From assembly GCA_045594745.1 (NCBI GenBank), contig JAZNZC010000151.1, positions 5,095-69,094 on the forward strand: a DNA stretch of 64,000 bases. The letters are read 5' to 3'. Below are positions 41,927 to 52,838 of the stretch, one piece after another. Position 1 is the first letter of the stretch; each line of letters starts with the position of its first letter. Source of the DNA: Eubacteriales bacterium (GTDB lineage: Bacteria > Bacillota > Clostridia > Oscillospirales > CAG-272). The notes below the pieces were generated by a model. It was not told the origin of the DNA. It saw nothing but the letters and a program-made list of their open reading frames with translations, and did no database searches. Both the position numbers and the translations under genes were made by a program.

Positions 41927-43824
41927 CTTGGTTAGCTCCGATAGGTTTTTTAGGGCTTATAGGTCTTATACTGTTGATCGTTATCTATATTATAAAGCCC
42001 AATTATGAAAAAAAGATGGTGTCGAGCACCCATGTATGGAAGCTTAGTCTGAAGTACAGAAAGAAAAGATTGCCGATAAGCCGTCTGAATAACGTTTTAA
42101 CTTTTTTGTGTCAGTTCTTGATTCTCACAATATGCGGATTGCTTCTTGCACAACCGGTTATTGAGCACGAGAAAAGGGGAGACGAAAACGAAAAAATCAT
42201 CATTATCGATGCTTCGGCATCTATGCGCGTAAGCGACGGTGCGTATACCAGATTTGAACGTGCTGTGCAAGAAGCGAAGCTCCTGGTCGAAGAGACGTTT
42301 GAGCAAGGCGGAGTTATTTCTGTTATCCTTGCCAACAGTGAGCCGCAATTCCTTGTTCAACGCAATGGCAACAATCAGGCAGACGACGTGCTCGCAGCTC
42401 TTGATGCACTTACTGAAGGCGAGAACAAGTGCACTTACAGCGCCGGTGATATGAACGCGGCGGTAGGTCTTACCGAGGAGGTTCTTCGTTATAACCCCGA
42501 TGCACAAGTGTTCCTTTATACCGGAACAACGTATCTTGAAAAGAACGGTATCAACGTGATTGATATATCCAAGAGTCAAGAATGGAATGCTGCTATTTTG
42601 AATTGCAGTGCAGATCTGAACGAGGAGAACCATTACGAAATCACCATTGATGTAGGCTGCTATAAATACGATGGAAACATCGATATATACTGCGAAATTT
42701 ATGGTGCAAACGGTGTCGGCAAAAAGCTGTCACTCCCCACTCGCTCGGAATATTTCGATCCTACCGAAGAGGAAAAGGTTATAACCTTTACAGAAGATGA
42801 TTTCGGCGGGGAATATCTCTATTCCTTCGATTACATCGAGGTTTATGTAGCAGTTGAGGATTCCTTCACTGAGGATAACTCCTTCTTCCTCTACGGTGGC
42901 ACCAAGCCGACAATCAGAGTTCAGTATGCCAGCTCGTTGCCCAACAACTATTTTGGCGGTGTAGTGCGCACGATGCGCCAAATGATGAAGGATAAGTGGA
43001 ACATAGAGTTCAAGGAGCTCAAGGCTGACGAAAAGGCAGCCACCGAGGGCTTTGACCTTTACATCTTTGAACACAAAATGCCCACGGTTATGCCTACTGA
43101 CGGCCTTGTGCTTCTTGTCGATCCTCGTTCCTCCCCCGAGGGAGCGGGAATTGCTTTTGGTAACATTTTGAATACGCCCAATCCGGAGACCACACTTGCT
43201 TCCGGTCTTTCCCATGAGCTTACAAAATACGTTGATTCGGCAAGAATTACCATTGCAAGATATGTTGAGGTCATTTCTGCCGACGGCTACGAGGAGCTTG
43301 CATATTACAACGGACAGCCCGTTATTCTTGCAAAAGACGAGCCCGAAGCAAAGGTGGTTGTGTGGGCGTTTGACCTCAACTACTCCAATCTTTGTGCAAT
43401 GCCTGATTTTTCGTTCCTCATGTACAATATGTTTAACCATTACATTCCCATGACCATTCCTTCCAATGCGTTTGAGATCGGTGATACCGTTGAACTCAAT
43501 GCCAGAGGAAGTGATCTTAAGGTGGTTGGTAACGGAATCGATTATGCTATGGAAGGCAAGACCGGCTCCATTACCGTAACGCGCCCCGGTACGTATACCG
43601 TAACGCAAATGCCTATGTCCGGCGAAGAGCTTCTTATTGAGAATTTCTATGTAAGAATCCCACAGGAGCAAAGCAATCTCACCCGCCAGGTGGATGCATT
43701 GCCTTCAGCCGATGTTGAAGTTGAGACGAGAATAGAATTTGAGGATCTGCTATTCTATTTTGCAATCGCACTCGTTTCTTTGCTGTTTATAGAATGGGCA
43801 TTACAGATCAAAAAGAACTTTTAA
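41923..43824 (+). CDS. membrane protein with BatA-type N-terminus and VWA domain, plus a C-terminal TM
   Basis: N-terminus MTWLAPIGFLGLIGLILLIVIYIIKP. MIDAS-like IIIIDASASM. C-terminal LLFYFAIALVSLLFIEWAL. ATGA overlap with DUF58. Confidence 0.85.
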   Translation: MTWLAPIGFLGLIGLILLIVIYIIKPNYEKKMVSSTHVWKLSLKYRKKRLPISRLNNVLTFLCQFLILTICGLLLAQPVIEHEKRGDENEKIIIIDASASMRVSDGAYTRFERAVQEAKLLVEETFEQGGVISVILANSEPQFLVQRNGNNQADDVLAALDALTEGENKCTYSAGDMNAAVGLTEEVLRYNPDAQVFLYTGTTYLEKNGINVIDISKSQEWNAAILNCSADLNEENHYEITIDVGCYKYDGNIDIYCEIYGANGVGKKLSLPTRSEYFDPTEEEKVITFTEDDFGGEYLYSFDYIEVYVAVEDSFTEDNSFFLYGGTKPTIRVQYASSLPNNYFGGVVRTMRQMMKDKWNIEFKELKADEKAATEGFDLYIFEHKMPTVMPTDGLVLLVDPRSSPEGAGIAFGNILNTPNPETTLASGLSHELTKYVDSARITIARYVEVISADGYEELAYYNGQPVILAKDEPEAKVVVWAFDLNYSNLCAMPDFSFLMYNMFNHYIPMTIPSNAFEIGDTVELNARGSDLKVVGNGIDYAMEGKTGSITVTRPGTYTVTQMPMSGEELLIENFYVRIPQEQSNLTRQVDALPSADVEVETRIEFEDLLFYFAIALVSLLFIEWALQIKKNF

Positions 43825-43839
43825 GGAGAGCGCAGGCAA

Positions 43840-46566
43840 ATGCAGAATTTCAGAATTCATTTTTCGCACCCGTGGCTTTTATTGCTTCTGATTCCGGCAA
43901 TCGCACTTACGCTTTTCCCGTATTTCAAAGCCAATAAAAAGTACAGAAAGACTCGCAACAGAATTCTTTCTATGCTGTTCCATGGGCTTGCAATAACGCT
44001 GGCGATCCTTCTGCTTGCAGGGATCACGTTCAGCTACGAAAAACCCAATCTTGAGAATGAGCTGATCATTCTCGTTGATACGACCGACAGTAACGAGACC
44101 TCCTCGGATGCCAAGACCGAGTTTGTGCAGTCAGTTGTTTCCATATCCGATGGCAAATACCGTCTCGGTATTGTTAAATTCGGCCACGGTCAAGTGCTTT
44201 CCGGCAAAATGACCTACGATATGGAGCAGGCGCTTGAGGATTATCTCACCTCCGAGGTTCCCGATAGCACCGCGACCGATCTCGCATCTGCTATTAAGTA
44301 TGCAAGCACCCTGTTCAAAAATCCCGAAACCTCCAAGATCGTGGTTCTTTCAGACGGTATCGAAACCGATAACAATGTTCTTTCCGTTATCAAAGCCATT
44401 GCTGCAGAGGGTGTCAAGGTGGATACCGTTCTTTACCCCAATGAGGAGCATGACGAGGTACAGATATATTCGGTCAAAACCCCCGATACCAGAATCATTC
44501 TTGGCGACAACTTTATCACCGAGCTCACCGTGAGAAGCAATTTTGAGGGTGAAAAAGCGGCTACCGTCAGTGCGTATGACAATGAAGAGCTGATCGGCTC
44601 TACTTCTGTTGTGCTCGCAGGTGAGGAGCAGACCTTTGAAATCGCGCTTTCTCTTGCAGAAAGAGGAATGCACGAATTGCGTTTTGAGATAGCCTGCGAC
44701 GATGATACCGTTCAACAGAACAATTCATATCGTGCTTTTATCAATCTTGAGGCGTTTGACAACATTCTTATTCTCGAGGGAAAAGAAGGGGAGGGAGCAA
44801 AGCTCGCAACTCTTCTCAATGAGAATTTCTCGGTTACGGATATGAGCTTTTCCGAGGATCTTGCTGACATTCCGAGAACCATCGAACAAATGGCGGAATA
44901 CGAGCAGATCATTCTTGTCAACGTGGCGTACTCTGATATGCCTGCCGGTTTTGAGGAGATGCTCAACGAATACGTTTACGATCTTGGCGGAGGTCTTTTT
45001 ACCGTAGGCGGCTCTCTCGATGAGCTGAACGGTCAAAAGATTCCTCACGCATACAATCGCAACGACATTGCAAGCTCCACCTATTTCAAGCAAATGCTTC
45101 CCATAAATGCGATCGATTTTACACCGCCTATTGCGGTTATGATCGTTGTTGACGCATCCGCATCTATGAGTATGGGTAAGCTTGACGCAGCAAAGGAAGG
45201 TGCTGAAGGCTGTCTTGATGCGCTCAGCGACCGTGACTTCTGTGGCGTTATGTCTTTCCAAACAAGAGCAAGCGAGGAGCTTGAAATATTGCCCGTTACG
45301 CAAAAGGATACGATTCGTGACACTATCAAAAAGATAGGTGGCGATAGCGGAGCCCATGGCGGAACCATTTTCTCGGATGCCATTATGAGGGCGGGCAGAG
45401 CGCTTTCGGTCATCAATAATGTTGAACGAAAGCACATTATCTTGGTTACGGACGGTAACCCCGGTGACCAATATGAGGTTTACAGTGCATATATCGAAGA
45501 TAACTATAACGACGATATTACAATGTCCATCGTTACCATCAATAACGAAGATAGCGCACTGACAGAACAAATGACGAACGCTGCAACCCTGGGCGGAGGA
45601 AAATACTACAACGTCAAGCCATCCGAACTGCACAAGATCCCCGAAACGATGAGAAACGATTTGGCACTTGAGGCTGTTGCGGAAATCAACTATGGTGAGC
45701 CCTTCCATCCCACTATCAAGGATAGAACACCTGCTGTTGCAGGTGTTGAAAGCACGTTTATTCCTGAGCTTACCGGTTATTACGGTACCGTGGCGAAAAA
45801 GGATGCATCCGTTCCCCTTATGGGAGAATACGTTCCCATCTATGCCGAGTGGAAATACGGCAAGGGTAGCGTTGGCAGCTTTATGTGCGATCTTTCGGGT
45901 ATATGGTCGCAAACCTTTATGGAGGATGTAGTTGGCAAAACGATCATCACAAACATTGTAAACTCCATTTTCCCGATGGAGGATGTACGTGCAGACAGCA
46001 TCGGGTACGTTCTCAAGTCAGAGAACTACCACTATCAACTCGGTGTTTACGGCATTGGTGAAACAGAACGGGTTGAGGTTTCGGTAACGCCGATATCCGA
46101 GCACCTTGTTTCCGTGCTTGAGGAAGGCGTTTCCATTCAAACGCTGGAGAGCGGAAGACGCTTCAATTTCATCATCAAGGATGCCGGTCTTTACGAGATC
46201 GTGATCAAAAAGCTTGATGAAGCCGGCGTGGAGCTCTCAAGGGTAGTTCTTTACGAGGCCTTCTCTTATTCCCAGGAGTATAACACTTTTACGGATAGAC
46301 GCCCGATCGGCGAGGAGCTGATGACGCTTCTTGCAGAGCAAGGAAAGGGAAGTACTGTGGGCGATCCTGCAGAGGTTTTTGCAAGCTTTTTGCCCACCAT
46401 TAAGAAGACGGTCGATCCCAGAATCGTTCTTCTCATTCTGTCTATTATATTTGTTCTCCTTGATATTGCAGCCAGAAAGTTCAAATTCAAGTGGCCGCAT
46501 GAGATCATTCGGGAGAGAAAACTCAAAAAGACGGACGAGGAAGCACGGGATACGAAAACCGTGTAG
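43840..46566 (+). CDS. large membrane VWA protein (BatA-type N-terminus, VWA, GATase1-like middle, second VWA, C-terminal TM)
   Basis: HPWLLLLLIPAIALTLFPYF. ILVDTTDSN. ILILEGKEG...GGGLFTVGG. VMIVVDASASMS. C-terminal RIVLLILSIIFVLLDIAA. Confidence 0.85.
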   Translation: MQNFRIHFSHPWLLLLLIPAIALTLFPYFKANKKYRKTRNRILSMLFHGLAITLAILLLAGITFSYEKPNLENELIILVDTTDSNETSSDAKTEFVQSVVSISDGKYRLGIVKFGHGQVLSGKMTYDMEQALEDYLTSEVPDSTATDLASAIKYASTLFKNPETSKIVVLSDGIETDNNVLSVIKAIAAEGVKVDTVLYPNEEHDEVQIYSVKTPDTRIILGDNFITELTVRSNFEGEKAATVSAYDNEELIGSTSVVLAGEEQTFEIALSLAERGMHELRFEIACDDDTVQQNNSYRAFINLEAFDNILILEGKEGEGAKLATLLNENFSVTDMSFSEDLADIPRTIEQMAEYEQIILVNVAYSDMPAGFEEMLNEYVYDLGGGLFTVGGSLDELNGQKIPHAYNRNDIASSTYFKQMLPINAIDFTPPIAVMIVVDASASMSMGKLDAAKEGAEGCLDALSDRDFCGVMSFQTRASEELEILPVTQKDTIRDTIKKIGGDSGAHGGTIFSDAIMRAGRALSVINNVERKHIILVTDGNPGDQYEVYSAYIEDNYNDDITMSIVTINNEDSALTEQMTNAATLGGGKYYNVKPSELHKIPETMRNDLALEAVAEINYGEPFHPTIKDRTPAVAGVESTFIPELTGYYGTVAKKDASVPLMGEYVPIYAEWKYGKGSVGSFMCDLSGIWSQTFMEDVVGKTIITNIVNSIFPMEDVRADSIGYVLKSENYHYQLGVYGIGETERVEVSVTPISEHLVSVLEEGVSIQTLESGRRFNFIIKDAGLYEIVIKKLDEAGVELSRVVLYEAFSYSQEYNTFTDRRPIGEELMTLLAEQGKGSTVGDPAEVFASFLPTIKKTVDPRIVLLILSIIFVLLDIAARKFKFKWPHEIIRERKLKKTDEEARDTKTV

Positions 46567-46607
46567 ATACAAACATTATTTGCAAAATGCTTAAAAAGGA
46601 GCGACGG

Positions 46608-49379
46608 ATGAAAAAACTTCGTTTGCTATTGATACTCAGTTTAATTGTTTTCGGCCTATTTACATTCGCTTCATGTGATGATACGGAGCAGGTCGCTACG
46701 CCGGAAGAACTTGCTGTGGAGAACACCACGCTTCAGCTGAACTGGAAAAAGGTTCCCGCAGCAAGACTCTATACGATCAGCATCACAAAAGCGGGCGAGG
46801 AGCCCCGCGAGGTAATAGCCAGTAAAAATTACTATTCACTCACCTCTCTCACCGAGGGGCACTATACCATTAAGGTAAAGGCCAACGGCAAAGAGGGTAT
46901 CAGCCGTGATTCGGAGTGGTCAGCTTCCATTCCCTTTGAAAGGGAAAAGGAAAGCGGAATGACCTTTACCTTAACAAACAGTAAAACGGAATACGAGGTA
47001 ACAAGCAAGGGCACTGCCTCGGGAGATATCGTGATTCCCGATACTTACAGAGGATTGCCCGTAACGAGCATAGGTAAAAAGGCGTTCTTCAACAAGAGCG
47101 ATGTTACAAGCGTATCCATCGGAAAGAACGTAAAGAGCATTGGCGAGTATGCCTTTGCAAACTGCTCTTACGTCACCTCAATTACCCTTCCCGAAGGACT
47201 TACCTTTATTGGCGAGAGCGCTTTTGCAAGCTGTCGACTGCTTGCAGGAAAATTGATTATCCCCAACGGCGTGGAAACGATCGCCAAGAATACGTTCGCT
47301 TATTGCGGAAGCATTGAGGAGATCACGCTTGGGAACGGCATTAAGAGAATTGAAGCAAGTGCCTTTACCGATTGCGCAAGCTTGACGAGTATGACGATGC
47401 CGGCAAAGCTTGAGTTTATAGGCTCGCTTGCGTTTGCAAAATGCAAAAAGATCAGCACGCTGGTGCTGAATGATGCATTGAGCGAAATTGGCGACTATGC
47501 TTTTTCGGAACTCACCGCACTTGAAAATGTCGTTATCCCCGATTCTGTCAAAAGGATCGGTACGGGAGCATTCTATCTTTGCTCCGAGCTTTCAAATGTA
47601 ACTCTTGGTACCGGAATTTCGGTTATCGATGATGGCGCATTCCGCGAAACAAAGCTTTGGAATGCAGATCCGACGCTCAATGAGGTCTATGTAGGAAAAT
47701 GGCTGATTGGTTGCAAGGACGGTACTGCATCGACGCTTTCTATCAAAGAGGATACGGTTGGTATTGCATCCTTTGCATTTTTCCGCAACACGGGAATTAT
47801 GCGTGTTGAAATTCCCGATAGTGTTAGGATCATCGGCGAAGGCGCATTTGCACAGTCAAAGATCATGAGTGTCATTATCGGTGGCGGTGTGCGCGAGATC
47901 GGTGAACAGGCGTTTATTGCCTGCAAGGAGCTTGCCGACGTCGTACTTGGCAAGGTAAATCCAAACATCGGTGATAGCACAAGTATTCTCGGCGAAAGCG
48001 TGCTTGAGACGATTGGCGATTCCGCCTTCAGAGAGTGTGCCAAGCTCGAAAAAATCGAAATGCCCACATCCCTTAAAATAGTTGGAAGCTATGCTTTCCG
48101 CGACACAGATCTGTATAAAAATGCAAACGGTGTGGTTTACGCAGGGAATTGGGTAGTTGACTACAACGAAAAAATAGGTGCCGAAATCACCTTTGAGGAT
48201 GGTACAGTGGGCGTTGCCAATTATGCTTTCTATAATTGCAGCACGCTTATTGCCGTATCAATGCCCTCATCTGTCAAAACGGTTGGCAGAGCGGCGTTCT
48301 ATGATTGCTCGGCACTTGCTTCGGTTGAATTGCCCAAAACGCTTGAGGTCATTCAGGATTACACCTTTTACAGATGTAAAAGCCTCAATCCCGGCTCACT
48401 CCCCCCTATGCTGACATATATCGGCCGTTCTGCATTCTATAAGTGTGGCTCGTCAGCATCTCTTTCGCTCAGCGATGATGCGTTTGATATTCTCGAACTT
48501 CCCGCAGATGTCACGTATATTGGAGATTATGCCTTTTATTGCTGCGGCTACTCCGAGCGAGCATCTATTGAAGAAGAGCAATATTTCAATACATACGGCA
48601 TCGATTGCATCGTTTTCGGCGCATCTGTCGAATATATTGGAGCCAACGCATTTTATGGCTTTGTATCCTTGAAGCAGGTCGATCTCGGCGGCACAAAGTA
48701 TATTGGCGAAAAGGCTTTCTACAAGTGCGAATCGCTTCAAACGGTTGATTTTGGCGAGTCTCTTGTTACCATAGGCGATAAGGCGTTTTACAGATGCACA
48801 GCCCTGGAGGAGGTCAAGCTTCCCGCAACCGTTACCGAAATAGGCAATTATGCTTTTTACAGATGCGAGGGCCTCAAGACCGTCGATCTTGGAAAAGCCG
48901 AGAAGATCGGCAACTTCGCATTCTACGGCGACAGCGCTATCACGGCTATCGTTATTCCGGAAAGTGTAAACTTTATAGGTAAGCAAGCTTTCCGAAATTG
49001 CAAAGGCCTTACCGCAATCGTGCTTTCCTCGGGTGTTGAAACCGTCCAACAGCACGCATTTTACGGTTGTCCTGCCCTCACGATTTACGTAGATTTTACC
49101 GAGTTGCCTGAACAATGGCATAAGTATTGGAACTCTTCGTACAGACCCGTTGTTTACGGCTGTGTTCTTTCAGAGGACAATGCTTACGTGATCTACGTTG
49201 AAAAGGGAATGATCGCAAATTTGAATTCAAGCAATTCTCTCTCCGATCCGATCAGAGAGGGGTACACCTTTGCAGGCTGGGGAAACAGTTCTACAACCAA
49301 CGTGCCTGCGTTCACATCAGCAAATCTTTCCGAGGCCGATGAGGGCAAAAAGCTTTATGCCCTCTGGGTTGAGGAATAA
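46608..49379 (+). CDS. BspA-type LRR lipoprotein with N-terminal Fn3-like module and C-terminal B-repeat
   Basis: Start at ATG 46608 behind AAGGAG. Lipobox TFASC. LRR repeats at about 47010-49100. EGYTFAGWGNS near the C-terminus. Confidence 0.9.
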   Translation: MKKLRLLLILSLIVFGLFTFASCDDTEQVATPEELAVENTTLQLNWKKVPAARLYTISITKAGEEPREVIASKNYYSLTSLTEGHYTIKVKANGKEGISRDSEWSASIPFEREKESGMTFTLTNSKTEYEVTSKGTASGDIVIPDTYRGLPVTSIGKKAFFNKSDVTSVSIGKNVKSIGEYAFANCSYVTSITLPEGLTFIGESAFASCRLLAGKLIIPNGVETIAKNTFAYCGSIEEITLGNGIKRIEASAFTDCASLTSMTMPAKLEFIGSLAFAKCKKISTLVLNDALSEIGDYAFSELTALENVVIPDSVKRIGTGAFYLCSELSNVTLGTGISVIDDGAFRETKLWNADPTLNEVYVGKWLIGCKDGTASTLSIKEDTVGIASFAFFRNTGIMRVEIPDSVRIIGEGAFAQSKIMSVIIGGGVREIGEQAFIACKELADVVLGKVNPNIGDSTSILGESVLETIGDSAFRECAKLEKIEMPTSLKIVGSYAFRDTDLYKNANGVVYAGNWVVDYNEKIGAEITFEDGTVGVANYAFYNCSTLIAVSMPSSVKTVGRAAFYDCSALASVELPKTLEVIQDYTFYRCKSLNPGSLPPMLTYIGRSAFYKCGSSASLSLSDDAFDILELPADVTYIGDYAFYCCGYSERASIEEEQYFNTYGIDCIVFGASVEYIGANAFYGFVSLKQVDLGGTKYIGEKAFYKCESLQTVDFGESLVTIGDKAFYRCTALEEVKLPATVTEIGNYAFYRCEGLKTVDLGKAEKIGNFAFYGDSAITAIVIPESVNFIGKQAFRNCKGLTAIVLSSGVETVQQHAFYGCPALTIYVDFTELPEQWHKYWNSSYRPVVYGCVLSEDNAYVIYVEKGMIANLNSSNSLSDPIREGYTFAGWGNSSTTNVPAFTSANLSEADEGKKLYALWVEE

Positions 49380-49387
49380 CAGTAGTA

Positions 49388-52300
49388 ATGGAGAAAAGCA
49401 ATATGGAAGAACAGAATAATTCGAATTTAGAAAACACAGAATTGGAAAGTGGCGCATCTGTTGAGTCCACAGCAAATGACAGTGCATCTGTGGAGCCCAA
49501 GACTGCAACCAAAAAAGCGCTTCCCAAATTACCCATCATCCTGGGTGCGGTAGCTGCCGTAGCCATTGCCGTTGCAGTGCTGCTTATTGTGCTGCTTAGC
49601 CCGGGCAAGAGCATTGATAATATTGCCATTAAGGAAGATGCTATGCCTCAGGCGGTTTTCCTTTTGGGAGAGGAGCTCGATCTCTCAAGCGGCGTTCTTG
49701 TTGTTTATGAGGACGGCAAAGAAACCGAAATTCCCATGAATGCCGAGGGTGTCAGTATTTCGGGCTTTGATAAGAATACACTGGGAGAGCAAAAGATCAC
49801 CCTTACCTATAAGGATAAGACCGTTGAGCTTACCGTAACTGTTGTTGAGCGTATGCAGGTCGTTGATTTTGTTGCCGACTATCTTGTGGGCGATGCTCTC
49901 GACCTTTCTGCCGGTCGTTTGAAGATCACAAGAGACGATGGCAGTAACTATACCGTTATCCTCAAGAGCGATAAGGTAAAGATCGATGGATTCAATTCTC
50001 AAGCCGCAGGTACTCAAAAGCTTACCGCAACCTACACGACCGGTGGTGATACTTACACCGCAAGCTTCAGTGTTAACGTGCATAATGTTGAAAACGTTAC
50101 TCTGACCAAGCCTACCAAGGTTACATACAACAGCCATGACGCAGGCATTGACGTCAAGGGCGGCATTCTTACACTCTCCGCCCTTAACGGAAAGGTAAAA
50201 AGAGATGTAATCGTTACCGAAGAAATGATCGATGGCTTTGATCTGTCAGCCGTTAACGATTCTAACACACCCCTTACACAAACCGTCAACGTTGTGTATG
50301 ATGGAAAGAATTACCCCTATGAGGTTGTCATCAAGTATACCGCTGTATCCAAATTCAAGGATAACGCAAGCATTGCTTCCGACTTTACCTGGAGCGGTGA
50401 GGATGTTCCCGAGATCGCAACCGCGGACGGTGAGCTCGCCGTTCAGCTGATGCAGCTCTATCACGATATGTCTCCCGCAGAGCAAAGCCTGCTCACAAGA
50501 GAAGAAACGCTCAATATGGCTCGTGTCGCTATGATCTACGGCTTTAACAAGTGGGGCGAGGATATTTACGAGTTTGAAGGCGCATTTACGCTTACCGAGG
50601 GTCAATTTGAAATTCAATGCACGGATAGAGAATCTGTAGAAGCAGCGATTGAAAAGCTGCAGGTTTTGGACAGACCGATCTACACCCTTTATGATGTTAT
50701 CAACGGTATGGTGACCACATTTAAGGATGAAACGCTCTTCACCTTTACAAACGGAGAAGATGAAGACGTAGAGATGCTTTTCTCCGATTATCCCACCGTT
50801 GATCCTGAGTTCTTCACTCTTCTGATCGATGTTTTCGGATATATGCTCGATCTGGACGATCTGATGGATGCGGTTGGAGAAGATTGGCTTGAGAACATTG
50901 ATGCCTATGCGGACGAGATCGAGGCTGTATACGATGGCATCGTTAACAGCGAGTTCTACAGCTATGAGTTCTCTCAATTCTTCTACTACGTTTCTATGTG
51001 GAGAACCAATGATGATGCGTTCGATTTCCTCTATTACTACTATTATGAGGTGAAGTCCGACGTTGCGTCCATTATCAGCATAGCGAATATTCGTTTGCCC
51101 TCTGCGCTTGAGCCTATCTTTGCACATATGTATGAGGCTATGACTCAGCTCGATGCTCTCGCTAACTATCTTACAGCAGATACCACTCAGTTCTTCTACC
51201 ATTATCACATGGCGTGCAAGCTCTCCAAAGAGCTGCTTGCAGATGGATCTCACGAGAACGAGATGAATCAGGTGCTCTTCTATGGCTTGCCGCTTAATAG
51301 TATGCTTGGTATTACCGCCGAAGAGCTTTATACCTTCAATGATATGATCAGCTACCTCTCCAACACCCAGGGCGGTTATTATCCTCTTTGCGGTGCGCTT
51401 CTGGACCGTCCCGAGTTCGATGCATTGATGGAAAAATATCTTGATATCATAACCAAACGCTTTGAGGATGATGAGAGCTATGACCTATCTGAGGAGTATA
51501 TTGCCGATGTAAAGGAAATGCTCGCATTGTATCTGGCACTTACGCCTTCTCAACAGTTCTCCTTCTTGGGAGCCTTGAATGCGTTCTACTCTATGAGCAT
51601 TCCGCCTCTTGCCTTTGATAATACCGGAGAGTATGAATCGTTTGTTTGTCTCTTTGTTGAAATGGTAAACGGCGTTTATGCAGAAGAATTTGAGACGCAG
51701 ACAGGAAAGGACGCTTACCTCGCCCTTATGCTGGCTACCGAGCTTTACACACAGCGCTTTACCAACGCTGAGTGGCTTGCATCTTTCAAAACGAATATGA
51801 AGATTGTTGCCGATGCTCTTGCGGGTACTGATATGCCCGCTGAGGATAAGGCTACCTTTGAGAATGCATTTGGAGCAATTTACAACGATTATTGCGCCAT
51901 TCTTGCAGAGTATCCCGAAAATGGAGAGTCTACCGGCCCCGAGGAAGACGTTGATCTTGGCACTTGGGCTGATGAGTTTGCCGAGCTTGAGGATGCTGTT
52001 CTTGGTGTAGAATTTGCTTATCAATTACTCGATCAGGGCTATCCTATGTACGACCTCTTCTTCACCGCGTTCGAGAGAGCGCAACGTATTGCAGATAAGA
52101 TACTTGCCGAGGGCAGTGAAGAGATCAAGGACATTTTTGTCCACAAATCTCTGTATTCTCTCAGCAATCTTGACAGATTCCTTGATCCCGAGGCTGTAAT
52201 CGATCCCGAGACCGAGATATTCTGGAGCTACGACTACGTTATGAATGTATACCGCTCCATCTACGTAAATATGCAAATTTCCATTGGTGGTAGCATTTAC

Positions 52301-52822
52301 GACCAGTATAAAGCGCACAATATGGGCGAGTTTATGAACAATGCCTACGACCTTATCTGGGCACTTATGTGGTCGAGTGCGGAAGATACCGAGACAGAGA
52401 TCTTTGAAAAGGAAAAGGTCATTTCTCTTATGGAAAGCTTCTGCAATATGGATACCGAAGCGCAAATGATCTTCATTCTCTACATCGAAGGCGAGTACGG
52501 TATGTACTATGAGTCTTTGTTTACCTTCCTTGAGGGGTATTCGGCTGATGTAAAAGAAGCAGTTACCAAGTTGCTTGACGTAGAAATGAGTGCAATCGCC
52601 TATGACTACTACGTTCGACTGAATGAGTCCGATGATGCTACCGATGAGGAGCTTGCCGAAATGTTGAATGAATTGCAAGCGGCTTACGCGGCGTTTGAAG
52701 AAGCACTCAAGGCTGTTGATACCGAGGAAGAGAGTGGCGAGTTTGCTGATTTTAGCAACGTATACGAATTCTACAAAACGCTTGTTGAAAGCGTAAGTGC
52801 CACTGACGATGCAAACGCATAA
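49388..52822 (+). CDS. TM-anchored surface protein: acidic cytoplasmic N-tail, 3-4 bacterial Ig-like domains, about 800-aa acidic aromatic-rich domain of unknown family
   Basis: TM LPIILGAVAAVAIAVAVLLIVLL. Ig-like units with G..L.L..G...V.Y.DG patterns at about 49619-50348. An alternative ATG at 49403 has a better RBS. Confidence 0.85.
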   Translation: MEKSNMEEQNNSNLENTELESGASVESTANDSASVEPKTATKKALPKLPIILGAVAAVAIAVAVLLIVLLSPGKSIDNIAIKEDAMPQAVFLLGEELDLSSGVLVVYEDGKETEIPMNAEGVSISGFDKNTLGEQKITLTYKDKTVELTVTVVERMQVVDFVADYLVGDALDLSAGRLKITRDDGSNYTVILKSDKVKIDGFNSQAAGTQKLTATYTTGGDTYTASFSVNVHNVENVTLTKPTKVTYNSHDAGIDVKGGILTLSALNGKVKRDVIVTEEMIDGFDLSAVNDSNTPLTQTVNVVYDGKNYPYEVVIKYTAVSKFKDNASIASDFTWSGEDVPEIATADGELAVQLMQLYHDMSPAEQSLLTREETLNMARVAMIYGFNKWGEDIYEFEGAFTLTEGQFEIQCTDRESVEAAIEKLQVLDRPIYTLYDVINGMVTTFKDETLFTFTNGEDEDVEMLFSDYPTVDPEFFTLLIDVFGYMLDLDDLMDAVGEDWLENIDAYADEIEAVYDGIVNSEFYSYEFSQFFYYVSMWRTNDDAFDFLYYYYYEVKSDVASIISIANIRLPSALEPIFAHMYEAMTQLDALANYLTADTTQFFYHYHMACKLSKELLADGSHENEMNQVLFYGLPLNSMLGITAEELYTFNDMISYLSNTQGGYYPLCGALLDRPEFDALMEKYLDIITKRFEDDESYDLSEEYIADVKEMLALYLALTPSQQFSFLGALNAFYSMSIPPLAFDNTGEYESFVCLFVEMVNGVYAEEFETQTGKDAYLALMLATELYTQRFTNAEWLASFKTNMKIVADALAGTDMPAEDKATFENAFGAIYNDYCAILAEYPENGESTGPEEDVDLGTWADEFAELEDAVLGVEFAYQLLDQGYPMYDLFFTAFERAQRIADKILAEGSEEIKDIFVHKSLYSLSNLDRFLDPEAVIDPETEIFWSYDYVMNVYRSIYVNMQISIGGSIYDQYKAHNMGEFMNNAYDLIWALMWSSAEDTETEIFEKEKVISLMESFCNMDTEAQMIFILYIEGEYGMYYESLFTFLEGYSADVKEAVTKLLDVEMSAIAYDYYVRLNESDDATDEELAEMLNELQAAYAAFEEALKAVDTEEESGEFADFSNVYEFYKTLVESVSATDDANA

Positions 52823-52838
52823 AGAAACGGAGAACAAT

